A model generated the notes under the pieces. It saw nothing but the letters and a program-made list of their open reading frames with translations. It did not search any database and was not told the DNA's origin. From Antechinus flavipes (lineage: Eukaryota): a DNA stretch of 64,000 nucleotides. Made by a program: the position numbers and the translations under genes. The stretch lies in contig NC_067403.1 in NCBI RefSeq assembly GCF_016432865.1, positions 134,168,001 to 134,232,000 on the forward strand, in the 5' to 3' direction. Positions 35,973 through 49,000 of the stretch are shown one piece after another (the stretch's first letter is position 1; each line of letters starts with the position of its first letter).

Positions 35973-36275
35973 TGGGAAATGAATATAAACTGCTTGCATT
36001 TTTGTTTTTCTTCCTGAGTTATTTATACCTTCTGAATCCAATTCTCCCTGTGCAACAAGAGAACTGTTCGGTTCTGCACACATATATTGTATCTAAGATA
36101 TACTGTAACCTATTTAACATGTAAAGGACTGCTTGCCATCTAGGGGAGGGGGTGGAGGGAGGGAGAGGGAAAAATTGGAACAGAAGTGAGTGCAAGGAAT
36201 AATGCTGTAAAAAAATTACCCTGGCATGGATTCTGTCAATATAAAGTTATTTAAAAATAAAATAAATTAAAAAAA
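35973..36275 (+). mobile_element. Young L1 3' end (303 bp), same subfamily as 31453-31992
   Basis: 13-bp TSD aagatattgttga at 35960-35972 and 36276-36288; poly-A tail; G-rich 3'UTR tract. Confidence 0.92.
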
Positions 36276-36589
36276 AAGATATTGTTGAATTTTGCTAGGA
36301 ATTAGAGACAAGCTTAGAGTTTGTAAACCTAATTCACTTTCATTTTTAAAATTACAGTAGGCAATTAAATTAGTAAATGAAAGCCCTTTTTCAGATCTGT
36401 GGTTTGTCTCCTGTTGGCTATATTCTTTCAAAAATCACTAATCATCAGCAATCACATTCAGCAGTTTTTTGATAGCTTTTTGATGTGAATTCATTGAGGA
36501 TAGTTAAATGCTTTATTTTTTTTAATATTTTACTTTTTTTCTTACTTCTTTTGGACATCAATTCCCTCTTGCCAAAGATTATTGGCCCC

Positions 36590-37161
36590 TGTGGGGTCAA
36601 AAATTATTTCATCTTTTCCCTTCACCCCACAAATTCGGAAGGTGGTAATACATAAGTGAATGAAGTGAATTGTGAAAGCTATCTCACAAGATAGAGACAG
36701 TGTTCTAAAAACTGAGTAAAGGTCAACTGTGCCCCAGGCCCAAGTTTCTTTCTCCAAGGATCATGTGATTTACAAAGAATGGGATCATATAGCCCTTTTC
36801 TTGAGAAACTAAATTGAGGCTACCTTGGCATTGAAACTCTTATATAAAGTAATTTAGTCATCCTAAAGATGTTGTTCTAAAGGGCTAGAAGTGTTTACTC
36901 ATTTATGACTTAGAATTTGAGGTCATTTGTCCTGAATAATTAGGGCAAAGATACAGCCATAGGGAGTGTTACCCCAGACCCTTATATAATCCTAGTCTGT
37001 TACCTATGCCTCGCCTCTTTTTGCCTAACTGCTTGTAGGGAGGGAGACGCCCTTTCTTGGAATATTGTAATAAAATTCCTTTCTGCTTTTACCTGGAGAA
37101 ATCTTCTTAATTTATTTTATTTATTTGAGCATATTTTATATGTGTGAGTCTTTGTCCCACA
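36590..37161 (+). mobile_element. Solo LTR in sense orientation
   Basis: Termini tgtggggtc / gtcccaca; TATATAA at 36983-89; AATAAA at 37069-74 followed by a T-rich U5-like region. No TSD found. Confidence 0.65.
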
Positions 37162-37299
37162 TATAAGTAAAGTAAAAATTGACTAATTCTATCTTCAACA
37201 CAGTATTAGTTACCATCCCTTCCACAGCTAAGTTTTCTTTTCCATTAGTTGGGGCAGTATTCCCTTCTTTTCCTTTTCCTTTCTTTAACCACCTTCTTT

Positions 37300-38030
37300 T
37301 CCCATATTTATTTTTGAAAAGTCATTTTTATTGCCCATGGCTTTCCTTATAAGCTTTAGCTCTCTGGATCTTTAATAAATCATGATTTCTTATAACACAG
37401 TAGTTTCCATCACAATCAAATTTCACAATTTCTTCGACCATTTTCCAATTGATGAGTATTCCTGCAATTTCCAGTTCTATGCCACTACAAAGAGAACTGT
37501 TATAAACATTTTGGAACATATAGGTTTTTTTTCCTTTAATAACTCTTTTGGCATAATTTCAGATTGCTTTCTAAAATAACTAGATCAGTTTACAATTCCA
37601 CCAATAATTGAATTAGTGTCCTAATTTTTCCATACCTTCTCCAACATTTGATATTTCTTCCTTTAATTATTTTAACAAATCTGGGAGGTATAAAATGATA
37701 TCTCAAGGTTGTTGTAATTTTCGTTTCTCTAATCAATAATGATTTGGCATACTTTTTTTCATGAGTGTAAATTGTTTGATTTCTTCATTGAAAAACTGCT
37801 TATTCATATCTTTTGACTTTTTCAATTGGGGAATGATTCATATTTTTATAGATTTGACAAAGTTCTTTATATATTTTAAATATGAGACTTTTATCTGATA
37901 AATTGTCTACAAAATTTCCTGCTCTCAAACCCCCCCTTCCCCAGTTTTCTGCTTTCCTCCTGATCTTGGCTACATTTGTTTTATTGATATAAAACTTTTT
38001 TAATTTAATGTAATCAAAATTATTTACTCT
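37300..38030 (-). mobile_element. L1 ORF2 3' fragment
   Basis: tgatatctcaaggttgttgtaattttcgtttctctaatcaataatg; tcatatcttttgac; antisense L1. Confidence 0.8.
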
Positions 38031-38418
38031 TCTCTCTAAATGAAAGCCAGTAAATAATAATATATGATATGTGTGAATGAAAAGCAGAAAAATATCAATA
38101 TCATTACATTTTTAGAACAGTCTCAAGGTGAAAAAAATATGAAAAAGTAGGTTTGTATTTGTTATTAAAGAAGGTAGCTTTTAATGGGAAGAAAACAACT
38201 TTGATGATAATGATATATATAAAACAAATTATTCCATATTGGAAAATAATGACATCTTGATAGAAAGTACATTTGTATGAAATCCACTAGAGTACAGTCA
38301 ATCTGAATTGAGACACTTGGAATACATTTCATAGTAACCTTGATTGTATATGTATTGATGCTTACTGTGCCACTACTATTATTTCATTTGGAATATTTTC
38401 TTGTGGGTTTTCAATCAG

Positions 38419-38451
38419 GGTGATCCTGGATCTTCTGCTGCAGGAATTAAG
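38419..38451 (+). CDS. COL25A1: Collagen XXV exon E6 (33 nt) GDPGSSAAGIK, carries a Gly-X-Y interruption
   Basis: ttttcaatcAG acceptor, donor GTaatt at 38452. GSSAAG is the characteristic collagen XXV imperfection. Confidence 0.96.
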
Positions 38452-38544
38452 GTAATTATATGTCTACTGAACATGGATTATCCCCCAAGAGAGTCACAGT
38501 AGTCATTTTAAAGTTTATTTCATTTCTTTCCTTTCACCAACTAT

Positions 38545-38730
38545 AACTGTTACATGGTGCAGTAGATAAAATCCCAGGTCTAGATTCAGGAAGATCAGAG
38601 TTCAAACATGATCGCAGATATTTACTTGCTATGGTACTTTGATAGTTTTCTTGTCTGTAAAATGACTTGAAGAATAAAATGGCAAACCACTCAAGTATCA
38701 TTGCCAAGAAAATCTCAGAAAAGTTAAACA
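38545..38730 (+). mobile_element. MAR1-type SINE
   Basis: ggtgcagtagataaaatcccaggtctagattcagg head; tail aaaatggcaaaccactcaagtatcattgccaagaaaa. Confidence 0.8.
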
Positions 38731-39198
38731 ACTACTTTTCTAATGCATTAAATTTTGTCATGAAAACAAGTACTGATTCATGTACTCAGAGCCCAAACTG
38801 CCAAATAGAAATCCTATAGTTAACCAAATGGTTTATACTATTTACTAATATGCCCACCCATTCTCCTTGGTTTTCAAAGATACTTGGTTTTGTGGATGAC
38901 TTGTCTAATGAAATATGAGGACTATGATAAAATATTATGAATGACAAGAATTATGTCCAGCACATAATACTAAGGGCCTTAAACTGGGTAGGTGTTTAAC
39001 AAATGTGTTGGAATGAATTGAATGTGAGCTGAATCCCAAGTATTCCAGAGCATGAGAGTCTGTAGTCAGTGTTTTCAAAAAATAATTGGCAAGACTGTTC
39101 CTATCATCTTGTGATCCATTTAGTAGATGTACCATCTGACACATAGTAAATACTAAATAATTGTTCTTTGAATTGAATTGTCCTTTTTCTTTTGTCAG

Positions 39199-39234
39199 GG
39201 AGAACCTGGAGAATCTGGTCATCCAGGACAAAAG
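39199..39234 (+). CDS. COL25A1: Collagen XXV exon E7 (36 nt) GEPGESGHPGQK
   Basis: tcctttttcttttgtcAG acceptor, four triplets, donor GTaata at 39235. Confidence 0.96.
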
Positions 39235-42200
39235 GTAATATTTTAAAGATTTATCTCTTTCTCTCATACTCTGCTAGGTTCTTTATTTCATTTTCATTCA
39301 TTTCATTTCTACCAATCCACTGACCACAATTTAAATATTTTCTGAAAAGAACTGCAAAGCAGTATATATTTATTGAATTATATTCAGAGTTTTTGTTGGT
39401 GCTTTTGTGTTTTAAATATCATGACTATGACTAAGACCAAAGGTCAAGATAAAATAAATTTTTTTGTGGTAAGGAATTATTTTCTGAACAAAAAGTGCAT
39501 AAATTCAGTTGTCTGAGATTTTCAAAGATCAGTTAAGTTGGAATGCTAACTATTTAATCTTGCATGTCTAACCACATTTGTGCTCTTCATTTGTTTAAAA
39601 GATATACATGTTGACAAAGTAACCTCAATAGGAAGTGAGAGGCAGCTCTTTAAAAAATAAAACAAAACTTTTTTATCACAGATGCTCCTTTGTTGATTTT
39701 ATTAAATATAAATTATTTCTTACAGCCTAAGTACACAATTTTATGATTTATAAGCCAATTCAGTTTATAAACCCGAGTTTCAATTAAAGACACTAATCAA
39801 AACTATTTTAACTAGCTAATCTGTGGAAACATTACATTTGTTTATCATTTATGCCTCACTTGGGTAATAAATTAAAGGCTATGTTAAGTATGTTTAGATT
39901 TATCTGCTCATTTGAGTTTAATGTGCAGGAAACAACTGGAAGTCATTTGTCATGTGAGTATCTGGATTTCAATGTCCAATGCAATCAGATTTGGAATAAC
40001 AGATGTATTGTCACTAGCCATTAAATGTGAATTCCACAATAGATTAGATCTTGGATAAATTTATGGCTTTGTCTTTGGTGGCATATGATGTGGTAGAAAG
40101 ACAGATGAATTGAAAGATAGAATTTACTTCATTAATGAAATTGAAATGAGAAAATGTATCATATTGTAGTCATTTGGAACCTGGAGACATAATAAAATGT
40201 TGTTCCCACACCCATGTAGACATTAAGAGAGTCAGTCTTTTGTTTTATGCACTTTAGAATTCAGGTAATTTTTGAAAAGGTCTTTTCATGTGGGGCTCTA
40301 CCTTCGAAGACAATCTAATTCTTTTAAAGGAAGAAAAAAGCACTAACTCAGTCAGTCCCATTGCAGTCCACAAAGACTGAAGTTTTCCTTTTTGGGCCTT
40401 CAGAACATTTTATATATTACCCTAAGGTCCCTCTGATTTCTTCCACTGAAGAGAAAATAGCAAAAGTTTGAATTGAGTACTATATTTACCCATGATAGAG
40501 ATATCAAATCTCTTCAATTTTATACATGTAGGTCATATTTAAATTACTCAGTCTAAACTGTGATTTGGTGAAGTAGGTATGTCTAGAACCATTCCATTGT
40601 AGGCATAAAAATACTTCTATAGTTTCTGTTGGTTTCAGTATAAGATTTTTACATTGAACATTACCAAAATTACTTGGCACTATAGCCTAAATGTGTTCCT
40701 TGGAGGCTCATAGATTTTAGATTTTCTTAGATTCCAAAGAAATGTTTAGAAAAGAGGATTGAATTCATTCAATGTTGAACTTGGAGTTAAATAAATATAT
40801 TCCTAAACGTTAGCAGTTCCCTTCCCCAGTTTTTGCAAATATTTAGGCAAGACAACATCAGTTGATATCAGTGCTACCCATTAAAATCATTGAAAATTAC
40901 TTATTTGAATATGAGAGTATTTAGGTTACTCAACACAAGTACTAAACGAGAAGCAGAATGTCTATGGTAATAAATGCCATTTTTTTCTCTTGATTTGAAG
41001 TTTCTATAAGTTCAATTCTACTTCTCCACAACTTTTTTCCCCTCCATATTACAATGGTTGCTCATAGTTCTGTTATAACTGGTAAAGAACTAGTTATAAT
41101 TCCTGCCTTATGAGTAAACATATGAAAAACATATTAGAGTACCAAACCCAGTTGCAGATTGGATTTTCTGAATGTTTAATTTTATCCTGATGAGTGTAGA
41201 ACTTGTATATTGGAAATCTAGCATAAGAGTGTAAGAAATTGTTTTTAACTCTATTTTAAATTTCTCTGTATATACCTTGCATTAGAGCATGAATGCTCTA
41301 ATATGTATGTGCATCTGTGTTGAGTATGTAAGTTTTTGTTTCTATGTACGTATTCATTTTCATAATACTGCTCCCTCCTTTTCACAAGTATTTTAAATAT
41401 AAAAAAAGGAAAGGGAATTGACAAATTTCATGTGTTGTTCATTCATGGAAAATAGTCCCTTTTTTTTGATTTGGAGAGAAAGTTGAACAGCTGGGACCAA
41501 TGGTTTTTAATGTTGATGGCCGGTAGCAGCAGGTACTTGGAGTTGAAGGAAAGAACCCTGCTGAGGAAAACTATAGAGAGGATTTTCTGGAATCAGGCCC
41601 TGTTTTTCTTATGGCCATTCAAGTTTTATTCTTCTGGTGCAAAAGGTCCCCATTAGTTCTCCACACATACCCATTTTAGCCATGACCCAAAGGAATTCCT
41701 GAATATAAGAGTTGGTAAGTATGAAAAAAGGAGAGTCCTTTTCTTCTAAGAGAAGAAATAGCTTTTATTGAACAATCCAATTTGATGGAAAGAACTTTGA
41801 TTGTGTTAAAGAAAAGAAAGAAGGACAGAGAAATTGCAGAATACATTCTCAAACAGATGGAGGAGAGAGTTCACAGTGAGGGATATTACATCTCTATCAG
41901 TAAATAAATATTAATAAAAGCCAAACTATGAAGATCACTGATGGCCAATAAGCATAATCTGTGGCTATAAAATAAACATAAACTTAAATACATATATATC
42001 ACTCTCGGGATATGAAGGAAATGGTTAATAAGTTATATTTAAAAAACTCCATTCAAACATTATTACAAAACATGATATTATATTCCTTTACATTATATTT
42101 CATTATATTCTAAAATGTTTTGGACAACTTTATCTTCCCTAGAAGTCTAGAGTTCTATTGCTATTCATATTGATTTTCCTTGCAATAATGTTCCCTCATA

Positions 42201-42285
42201 AATGAGAGAAACATTTTTATTTTTGGGAAAAAAACAATATTACTATCCTAAAATTTGTTAAATTATACTTTTGTGAGTTAAACTC

Positions 42286-42652
42286 TGTACAGGGCTGAAA
42301 CTCCAAAAAGGTATGCTTAAATCAGAAAACTGAACACTTAAGGCTAATTACCTATTTGATGTGAGATAATGAATCTATTAGCACATATTTGGATAATGGC
42401 TCTTCTCACCATAGATGCTTGCTGAATGTTTGGTGTTAAGATAATTGTAGACAAGGATTGGGAGTGGGGGGAAAGAGAAGCCAGAGTCACTTGGGGCAGG
42501 ACGAGGAGAAGAGAGGTTGGTGACTCCAAACTCCAGAATCGAGGATTCTACTTGTCTGCCTCCTTCACTTCTTCCCTTAAAGACCAAGGACTTTAATTCA
42601 ACCTAACTATGGCTGATCCCAAAGCCTCTGGGGAGCTAGCTCTTACTCTACA
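42286..42652 (+). mobile_element. Solo LTR (367 bp), 6-bp TSD
   Basis: tgtaca...ctaca termini; TSD aaactc (42280-85) / aaagtc (42653-58); reverse complement of the 32380-32752 family. Confidence 0.8.
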
Positions 42653-44307
42653 AAAGTCCAATATTCTAAATAAGCCTTCACTTTGCATTGTATATAAACC
42701 CATATTTACATATCCCCATACATTGTTCTATTTAGTTTTATTAGTTATATTTTTTCTAAACTTTTGTTTAATATGACTTCTAAGGAAATAGACTCTTTAA
42801 AAGAGAAAAAATGTAGACTTCAAATTAGGAAAAAAGGATGTAATATGACCATAATTTCATGTAGTTATAATAAGTTCTACTAAAAGGATTTAACTTCTTT
42901 GAGAAAAGGAAAAAAGAAGTATTTTGTCATTCTATCCAGAGAAATGTAATTTGATCAGAAGTTTTATCAATAATGAAGCAGAACTATTGGAAAATAGTCT
43001 TGAATCCACTTTATACATTAAAATATAGGTTTGCTTATCTTCTAAAGCTTTCATTCAGAATGATTTTTTTTTTGCATTCGGAAAGAAATTTTGAATGAAA
43101 TCAGGAGAAAACTAATTTGTTCTCTCTATATTCATCCTTCAGTAAATCATTTCTGAAATTATTATTTTCCAGATTTATTTTAAATAGCAAGTTAGATAGT
43201 TGTAAAACTTGAAGGGAACAGGTATTCTAATTAAATTGTCTTGGAATTTCTCAACAGATTTGCACTTGAAATGAACTGCTCCAGCTGTACTTAGGCCTCC
43301 CTTCCTACTTTTCCTTTCATCCTTTAGTTTATGCTTAATATGTTACCATGAGAGGGAATGAGTTTATCTGCACTGGATTACCATGGTGAAATAGTATAAT
43401 TTGTGTAAATCATATATCATCCATATAATAGTTCTAGCCCCAATATGTATGCTTTTCCCCCTCCATTTTCAATTTGTTTGATGATTTAATCAGTAGAATG
43501 CAAGGAATTTTCTGAGCAATGTAGTCTCAGTACATCTTGTCACAATACTTAGTGCTTAAAATAATGCAGACAATTCTATGAAAATGAGAAGGTTTAGTGT
43601 GACTCCAACACACTCATCCAGACTATACCACTTAATCCTAAACCTGCCTTCATTGAACAGCTGTATAGTATCCACTAAGAAGCTAAGGAGGGTTTCCTAG
43701 ATTTGAACAATTGTCATGTTTATACAGTGGTGTTAAATATATTTTAACTACTCACTTATCTCCTCACCATCCAAGAATGTAGAAGAAGCTTCTTCTACTT
43801 AAAATCTTGGAAGACTTTTGATATGCATTGTTCTGATGTTAGCATCTTCATATAGCCAACTCTTGATGGCACATTGATAAGAGACTTTTGGGTTAACGCA
43901 GATATTTGAAATCCATGTTGAATCCTAAAGCTTCACTTTAACTGGTGCCTTCAATCTCCTTTCCTACTCTGTCTGAGAGTAACAAATGGTATTGGACTGT
44001 TAGCTCTTTCCCTATCCACCTTTTGGGGAAGATTCAAATGATAAGTTAAATAATCTAAAGTTGTGTTACTAAATCTATGGTAGGGAGGAGCCCATGGAAT
44101 CTGCAGACTGATCAATTAAATCATGAATCATCAAGAGTTGACTGAACCACACAATCTCACCATCATTTTTAGAATTAGACTGTTTCTGTGTGTATGTGTG
44201 CAGAAAGGATGTCTGTAGTGCTTCCAGCTACATTTGCCATTTCTCTCACCAGCAATTTGTGCTTCAGTGAATACTATTCTATAATGTTATGTAATTTTCC
44301 TATGTAG

Positions 44308-44352
44308 GGTGAACCAGGGCTGCCTGGGCTGCCTGGACTTCCGGGGATAAAG
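44308..44352 (+). CDS. COL25A1: Collagen XXV exon E8 (45 nt) GEPGLPGLPGLPGIK
   Basis: ttttcctatgtAG acceptor, five triplets, donor GTaaat at 44353. Confidence 0.96.
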
Positions 44353-44427
44353 GTAAATACTTAATCCGCAGTATTGGTGTAATAGGGTTTGAAAATGGAA
44401 AAAATCCCAAGGTGGAAGATAGGAAAA

Positions 44428-44434
<7 letters not shown>

Positions 44435-44464
<30 letters not shown>

Positions 44465-44476
44465 AAAAAAAAAAAA
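44435..44476 (+). repeat. (CA)13 followed by A16
   Basis: Direct count. Confidence 0.95.
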
Positions 44477-45861
44477 CCTCAGGGAAAACAAACCAACAAC
44501 AAGGTTGTGCTATCTTTCTAATGCCTTCTTAAGTAACTAATCTTTTAAAAGTAGAAAATCAAAAACAAGTCCTGCTGAAGTTTGTAGCATGTGGACTTCA
44601 TATACATTGTAGCTATTTGAAGTCAGAACTTCTTTAAAGTCTAGAATCGCACTTTGACTTCAATTTTGATTCCATTCCAAAGATCTTGTCAGATTTGGGC
44701 TAGAATAAGAACTTAGTGGTCCTAAAAAGCTGGCATTCACAAAGTCTTTCTTTTCCACAGTGTTCATTTATTGTTCATAATCTCTACCAAGAACCTCAGT
44801 ATTTAAACACTTTAGCACAACATAGAATAGTCCAATATTTCATGTACTAGGAAATAAATCTCTATGTTGACTTTCCATGGTCTCTGGGAAAAAATTATTA
44901 GTTACTGAGGACAGAAGTAATATGAGGTGTTTCAGTTGGGAGCTAACAAGGGACTTGGTTTCCCTATCTTGGATACAGTTCATTTACGCTTTCAGCACTC
45001 TATTTTAAGGTCCTTCTTATTATATATGTCCTTTGGCTAATTCTATAAACCTTGGGGAAAAACAATCTACTTTCTTGTTTTTGAACTTAAGAAATCAGTT
45101 TGTTTTCACAAGGCAAATTGTTCAAAACAGAACATGCATGAAATAATTAGAAATGCAGCAAATGTATATCATCTCTCCAAGGTACCAAGAGTCAATATTC
45201 CTTCTGAATCATGTAGGTTTCTCTAAAAGGGACTACAATTTTTTTTGTCCAACATGCCAATAAGCATCTGCTTAATGATAGTGATGGGAATAGATTTATC
45301 ACTAGTGATTTTCAAATCTCATAGGCGTTCATATCAGTTTCCATTGTGCAGTCTATAAAACATATTTCTGAGTCTGGGTGAAAATTCTCAGGAAAAATAT
45401 GCTACATGAAATAAAATAATCAGAGAATAAATCTCTTAAAGTATTGAGTTGCCTAGAGAATATATGATAATCACATGAATTTCAAATAAAATAACTTTGT
45501 TTTGCTATATAAAATATATAAATAGTAGAATTAAATCAGTGTGATTTCTCAGCTTTGTCTTCTTGGATGGTGTTCAGAATTCTAATATATTTCTGGCCTA
45601 GTTTTTAGTTAGGAGATAATAATAGTGCCTATTATTATGCCAAAGTATAGAATTTTAGCTATTTTCCTCATTGATTCCTTAGTGAAAGGGAAAAAAAATG
45701 CTTTTATGACAATAACTTCCTGAATTGCCTGAATGTCAAGCAATTACAATCACTCAACATGCTTTGATATTTAACAAAGAAAAATGCATAAAAATCACTT
45801 ACTTTTAAGCATTTTAAAATTAAGTTATGTCTATTTGCAATCTTTCCCTGGATACAAGGAA

Positions 45862-45935
45862 ATATTTTCATATATATATATGCATATATATATACATATA
45901 TAATACATGTACACATATATACACATACATACATA
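45862..45935. repeat. Compound (TA)n/(CATA)n microsatellite
   Basis: Alternating purine-pyrimidine run. Confidence 0.9.
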
Positions 45936-48526
45936 TATTCATGCTTATAATTTATGAGTTTGGAGTTTTAAAGGAAATTTATGAAAAGGACATTTAGGGA
46001 AGAGAAGTTGGTAGCTTTATGTGAAAAGAATATAAACTGAGATATATTGTGGAAGAACTGAGAACTAAAAGCATATTAACTTCAGTAGCAACTCAAAAAA
46101 TAACAGCAGGAATTCTATAAAATTGATAAATAGCTACCCTAATAGGGAACTCAGATAGTATCAAAGTTAGTTCACTTAAAAGTAGATTTTGTTCTCTTTT
46201 TCTTGAATGCCCTGCCCTGGGTTTTGTTTTTATTTTTGCACAGAATTTAAGAAAAGTACACATATCCTCTTCTTTTACATATAACTATATCAGTTACTAA
46301 TCCCTCATTTTATTGTAATAATTTAATCTTAGATTCTTACCATTTTATTTTGATAATTTCATATACTAATCCAGTGCTCATTTAAGCATTAGTGGCCCAG
46401 TGACCTGTGGAGTAACTCACAATTTTTGTACTTTCTCAGGTTGGGGAGAAGAAAAGCCTATAGCCTGCCAACTCTAGAAAAATAATTGGTCTTATGCTCC
46501 AGACCCATAGGAATATTTCTGTTTGTTTTGTAGAAGTAGCTATAGGTGTGGTCTTCATCCTGTCACTTTATATAAATCCCTATTAGCACTATCTAGAGAG
46601 GCTTCCACATCAAGTACTTGGAGATAATTATCAGTAACAATATTGTCTATTGCACATTTTGCCAAATACATACTTTCCATAATATATATTTTACATAATA
46701 CATTTTGCCTTTTCTCTCTAGTTCAGGATATAGTACTTTTTGCAAGTCATCTAACAGATAGCTAGAGATAAAAGTTAGATATCATTTCAAGAAATTAGTG
46801 AATTTGAACATTTTTAAATGTCAATTGATAACCTATAACTTATATGGCAGTTAGATGGTTTAATGAATAGAGTGTTGCTGGACCTGGAATCTGGAACACT
46901 CGGATCCACACTAGCTGTGTGACTTTGGATAAATCACTTAAATTTTGTCTAAGAAGTATCCAAATAATTCAGTGGATAGAGCACTGTCAGTGTGATAACT
47001 TAGGATGTCCTTTTCCCCCTTTTTCCTTTTGCATGAGCAGAGTCCCCTATAAGATAAAGCCATCATGTCAGAAAATGTAGAATGGGTTGTAGCCAAAAGA
47101 TTCTTTTCACTATCTGATTTTTTGTTTATGCTTTGGAAATACTTCCTGTTGCTATTCAGCCTTCCCTTTCTCTTTCCCCCTTCATTATCTGCAGCTCCAG
47201 AAAAAGCACAATTAAATTTCATCCTTTTCAGGATATTGAAGAAATCAGCCTCAGAAGCTTTGTTTCATCACCTGTTGCTTCTGTGGAATGATTGGAAATT
47301 TGATGAGTGTCTGGTGCCAGCCCAATCTGGCATTCAGGAAATGAGTAAAGTACCTAACACAGAATTCTGACTCATCCATGTATCATCCTGAGGAACCAAT
47401 AAGAGTAAAAAGTGTGGAAAATGTAGGCATGCAGAACACTCATTAGCAGTGAGGATGTTACATTTATACTCTCCATCTTTACACTCATATTAAAAATCCT
47501 TTTTTGCTATATGGAAGTCATTTGGAATTCCTATTTCATGCATTCATGGTCCATAAAATGCCAGGATATTCCAAGGTTAAACGGGGTAATGAGAAGCTCA
47601 GTGCAGTCATTGAATTTCAAGCCTCAGTTTAGTTTTCATATTCTTGCAAAATAATGATTTAACTCAATTGCTGACTGGATAAAATTGCTAAGTTCCAGCT
47701 TCCAGTGGGTAAAAAAAAAAACTGTTATCTTTCCATTTTGCAGAAAGAGTTCAGAGTTTAGAGTAAAAAAAGAAGAAAGAAGCATTTATTAAGTGGCAGG
47801 TACTATTCTAGGAATTGGAAATATCAAGATAAAAATGAAATAGATTTAGACTCTTACTATTTATTTTAGACTCTTACTATTTATGGGATATTGGCCAAGT
47901 CCTTTCACTTTTCTTTCTTTTTACTCTTTATACTAGGGAAAATAATATAAGCAATATCTTTCTCAATAGATTGTCATGAAGAAAGTGTTTTTTGCAAAAC
48001 TTGAAGTGCTCTAAATCTGAGATGCAATAAGTACTATTTTATGTCCGTGCTCATTTTCCATATATGTTCCTCTTCTTTTATCCCAGAATGTGGATAGATG
48101 AATTCTTGCTACCCCTCTACCTTTCCTTATTTGAGTTTCTTTAACTTCCCAGTTATCAATAGTAATTTTCAACTTGAGTTGAGTTGAGTTGGGCTGATGG
48201 ATGAATTCAACAGCCTATCTTTAAAGTAGGGAGGTCAACTGTCTACTTGTAGTATGACAATGACTCATCTTTTCTCTTTGCTTCTCTTGTACTATTACCT
48301 AAGATGATATACATGCCCAGGGAGAAGATTGGGGAACATGATATTCTGGTCATAACCAGTGGTGATGACAGAATGAGTCTGACTAATGTGTAGGGCAGTT
48401 CTTTCATCTCCTTTACAGAAAAAGCAGTAGTTCTGGCATGACCTTAGCTCTTACTGCCACCAAATAATGTGATGCATAAATTACGAGATATTCCCTGAAG
48501 AGGATTCTTTAAGCTTACAGTCAGAC

Positions 48527-49000
48527 TTATGAAATAATGAAGAGTGAAATGAATAGAACCAAGAGAACATCATATTCAATAATAGCAGAATTGTTTTAAG
48601 AACAACTTTGAGCAACTAAGTCATTTTGATTATTATAAATACCTAAATTAACTATAAAGGACTTATGAAGGAAGATGCTTTCTGTATCTAGAGAAAGAAT
48701 TGATAAATAGAAGTATGTATAAAATGATTTTACACACATATACACACACACATACACACACAATACATATTTGTGTCTAATGGTAGCCATCTCTAGGGTG
48801 ATAGAGGAAGGGAAGAAAAGAAAAAAAAAATAAAGTTATATGACAACTTTTTATATATTTAAAAGGAACAGCAAGTTGTACATAATAAAGTTGCAGTTTT
48901 ATGTGCAGTCATATTTTTTTCTATTCTACTTCTTATGGAAATGCTTGTTTTATCTCTGAAGTTCAGAATGAAATGAATACAAAATAAACATATACAGTCA
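48527..49000 (+). mobile_element. L1 3'UTR fragment
   Basis: gaagagtgaaatgaatagaaccaagagaac; ggacttatgaaggaagatgc; ggaaatgcttgttttat. Confidence 0.8.

Noticed and set aside
41630-41656. tctggtgcaaaaggtccccat (SGAKGPH) as an extra collagen exon
   Set aside because: Only two Gly triplets, no properly placed AG/GT, and no missing segment in the expected peptide.
43560-43960. Higher-complexity stretch examined as a possible non-retroviral endogenous viral element
   Set aside because: Manual translation of part of the minus strand gave short frames with stops and no recognisable viral motif. Only tblastn/blastx could rescue it.
46938-47370. Overlapping 94- and 101-aa ORFs (similar cases at 49760-50033 and 56170-56460)
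   Set aside because: No splice signals linking them to the gene and no recognisable family. They could be conserved non-coding DNA, but that cannot be judged without alignments.
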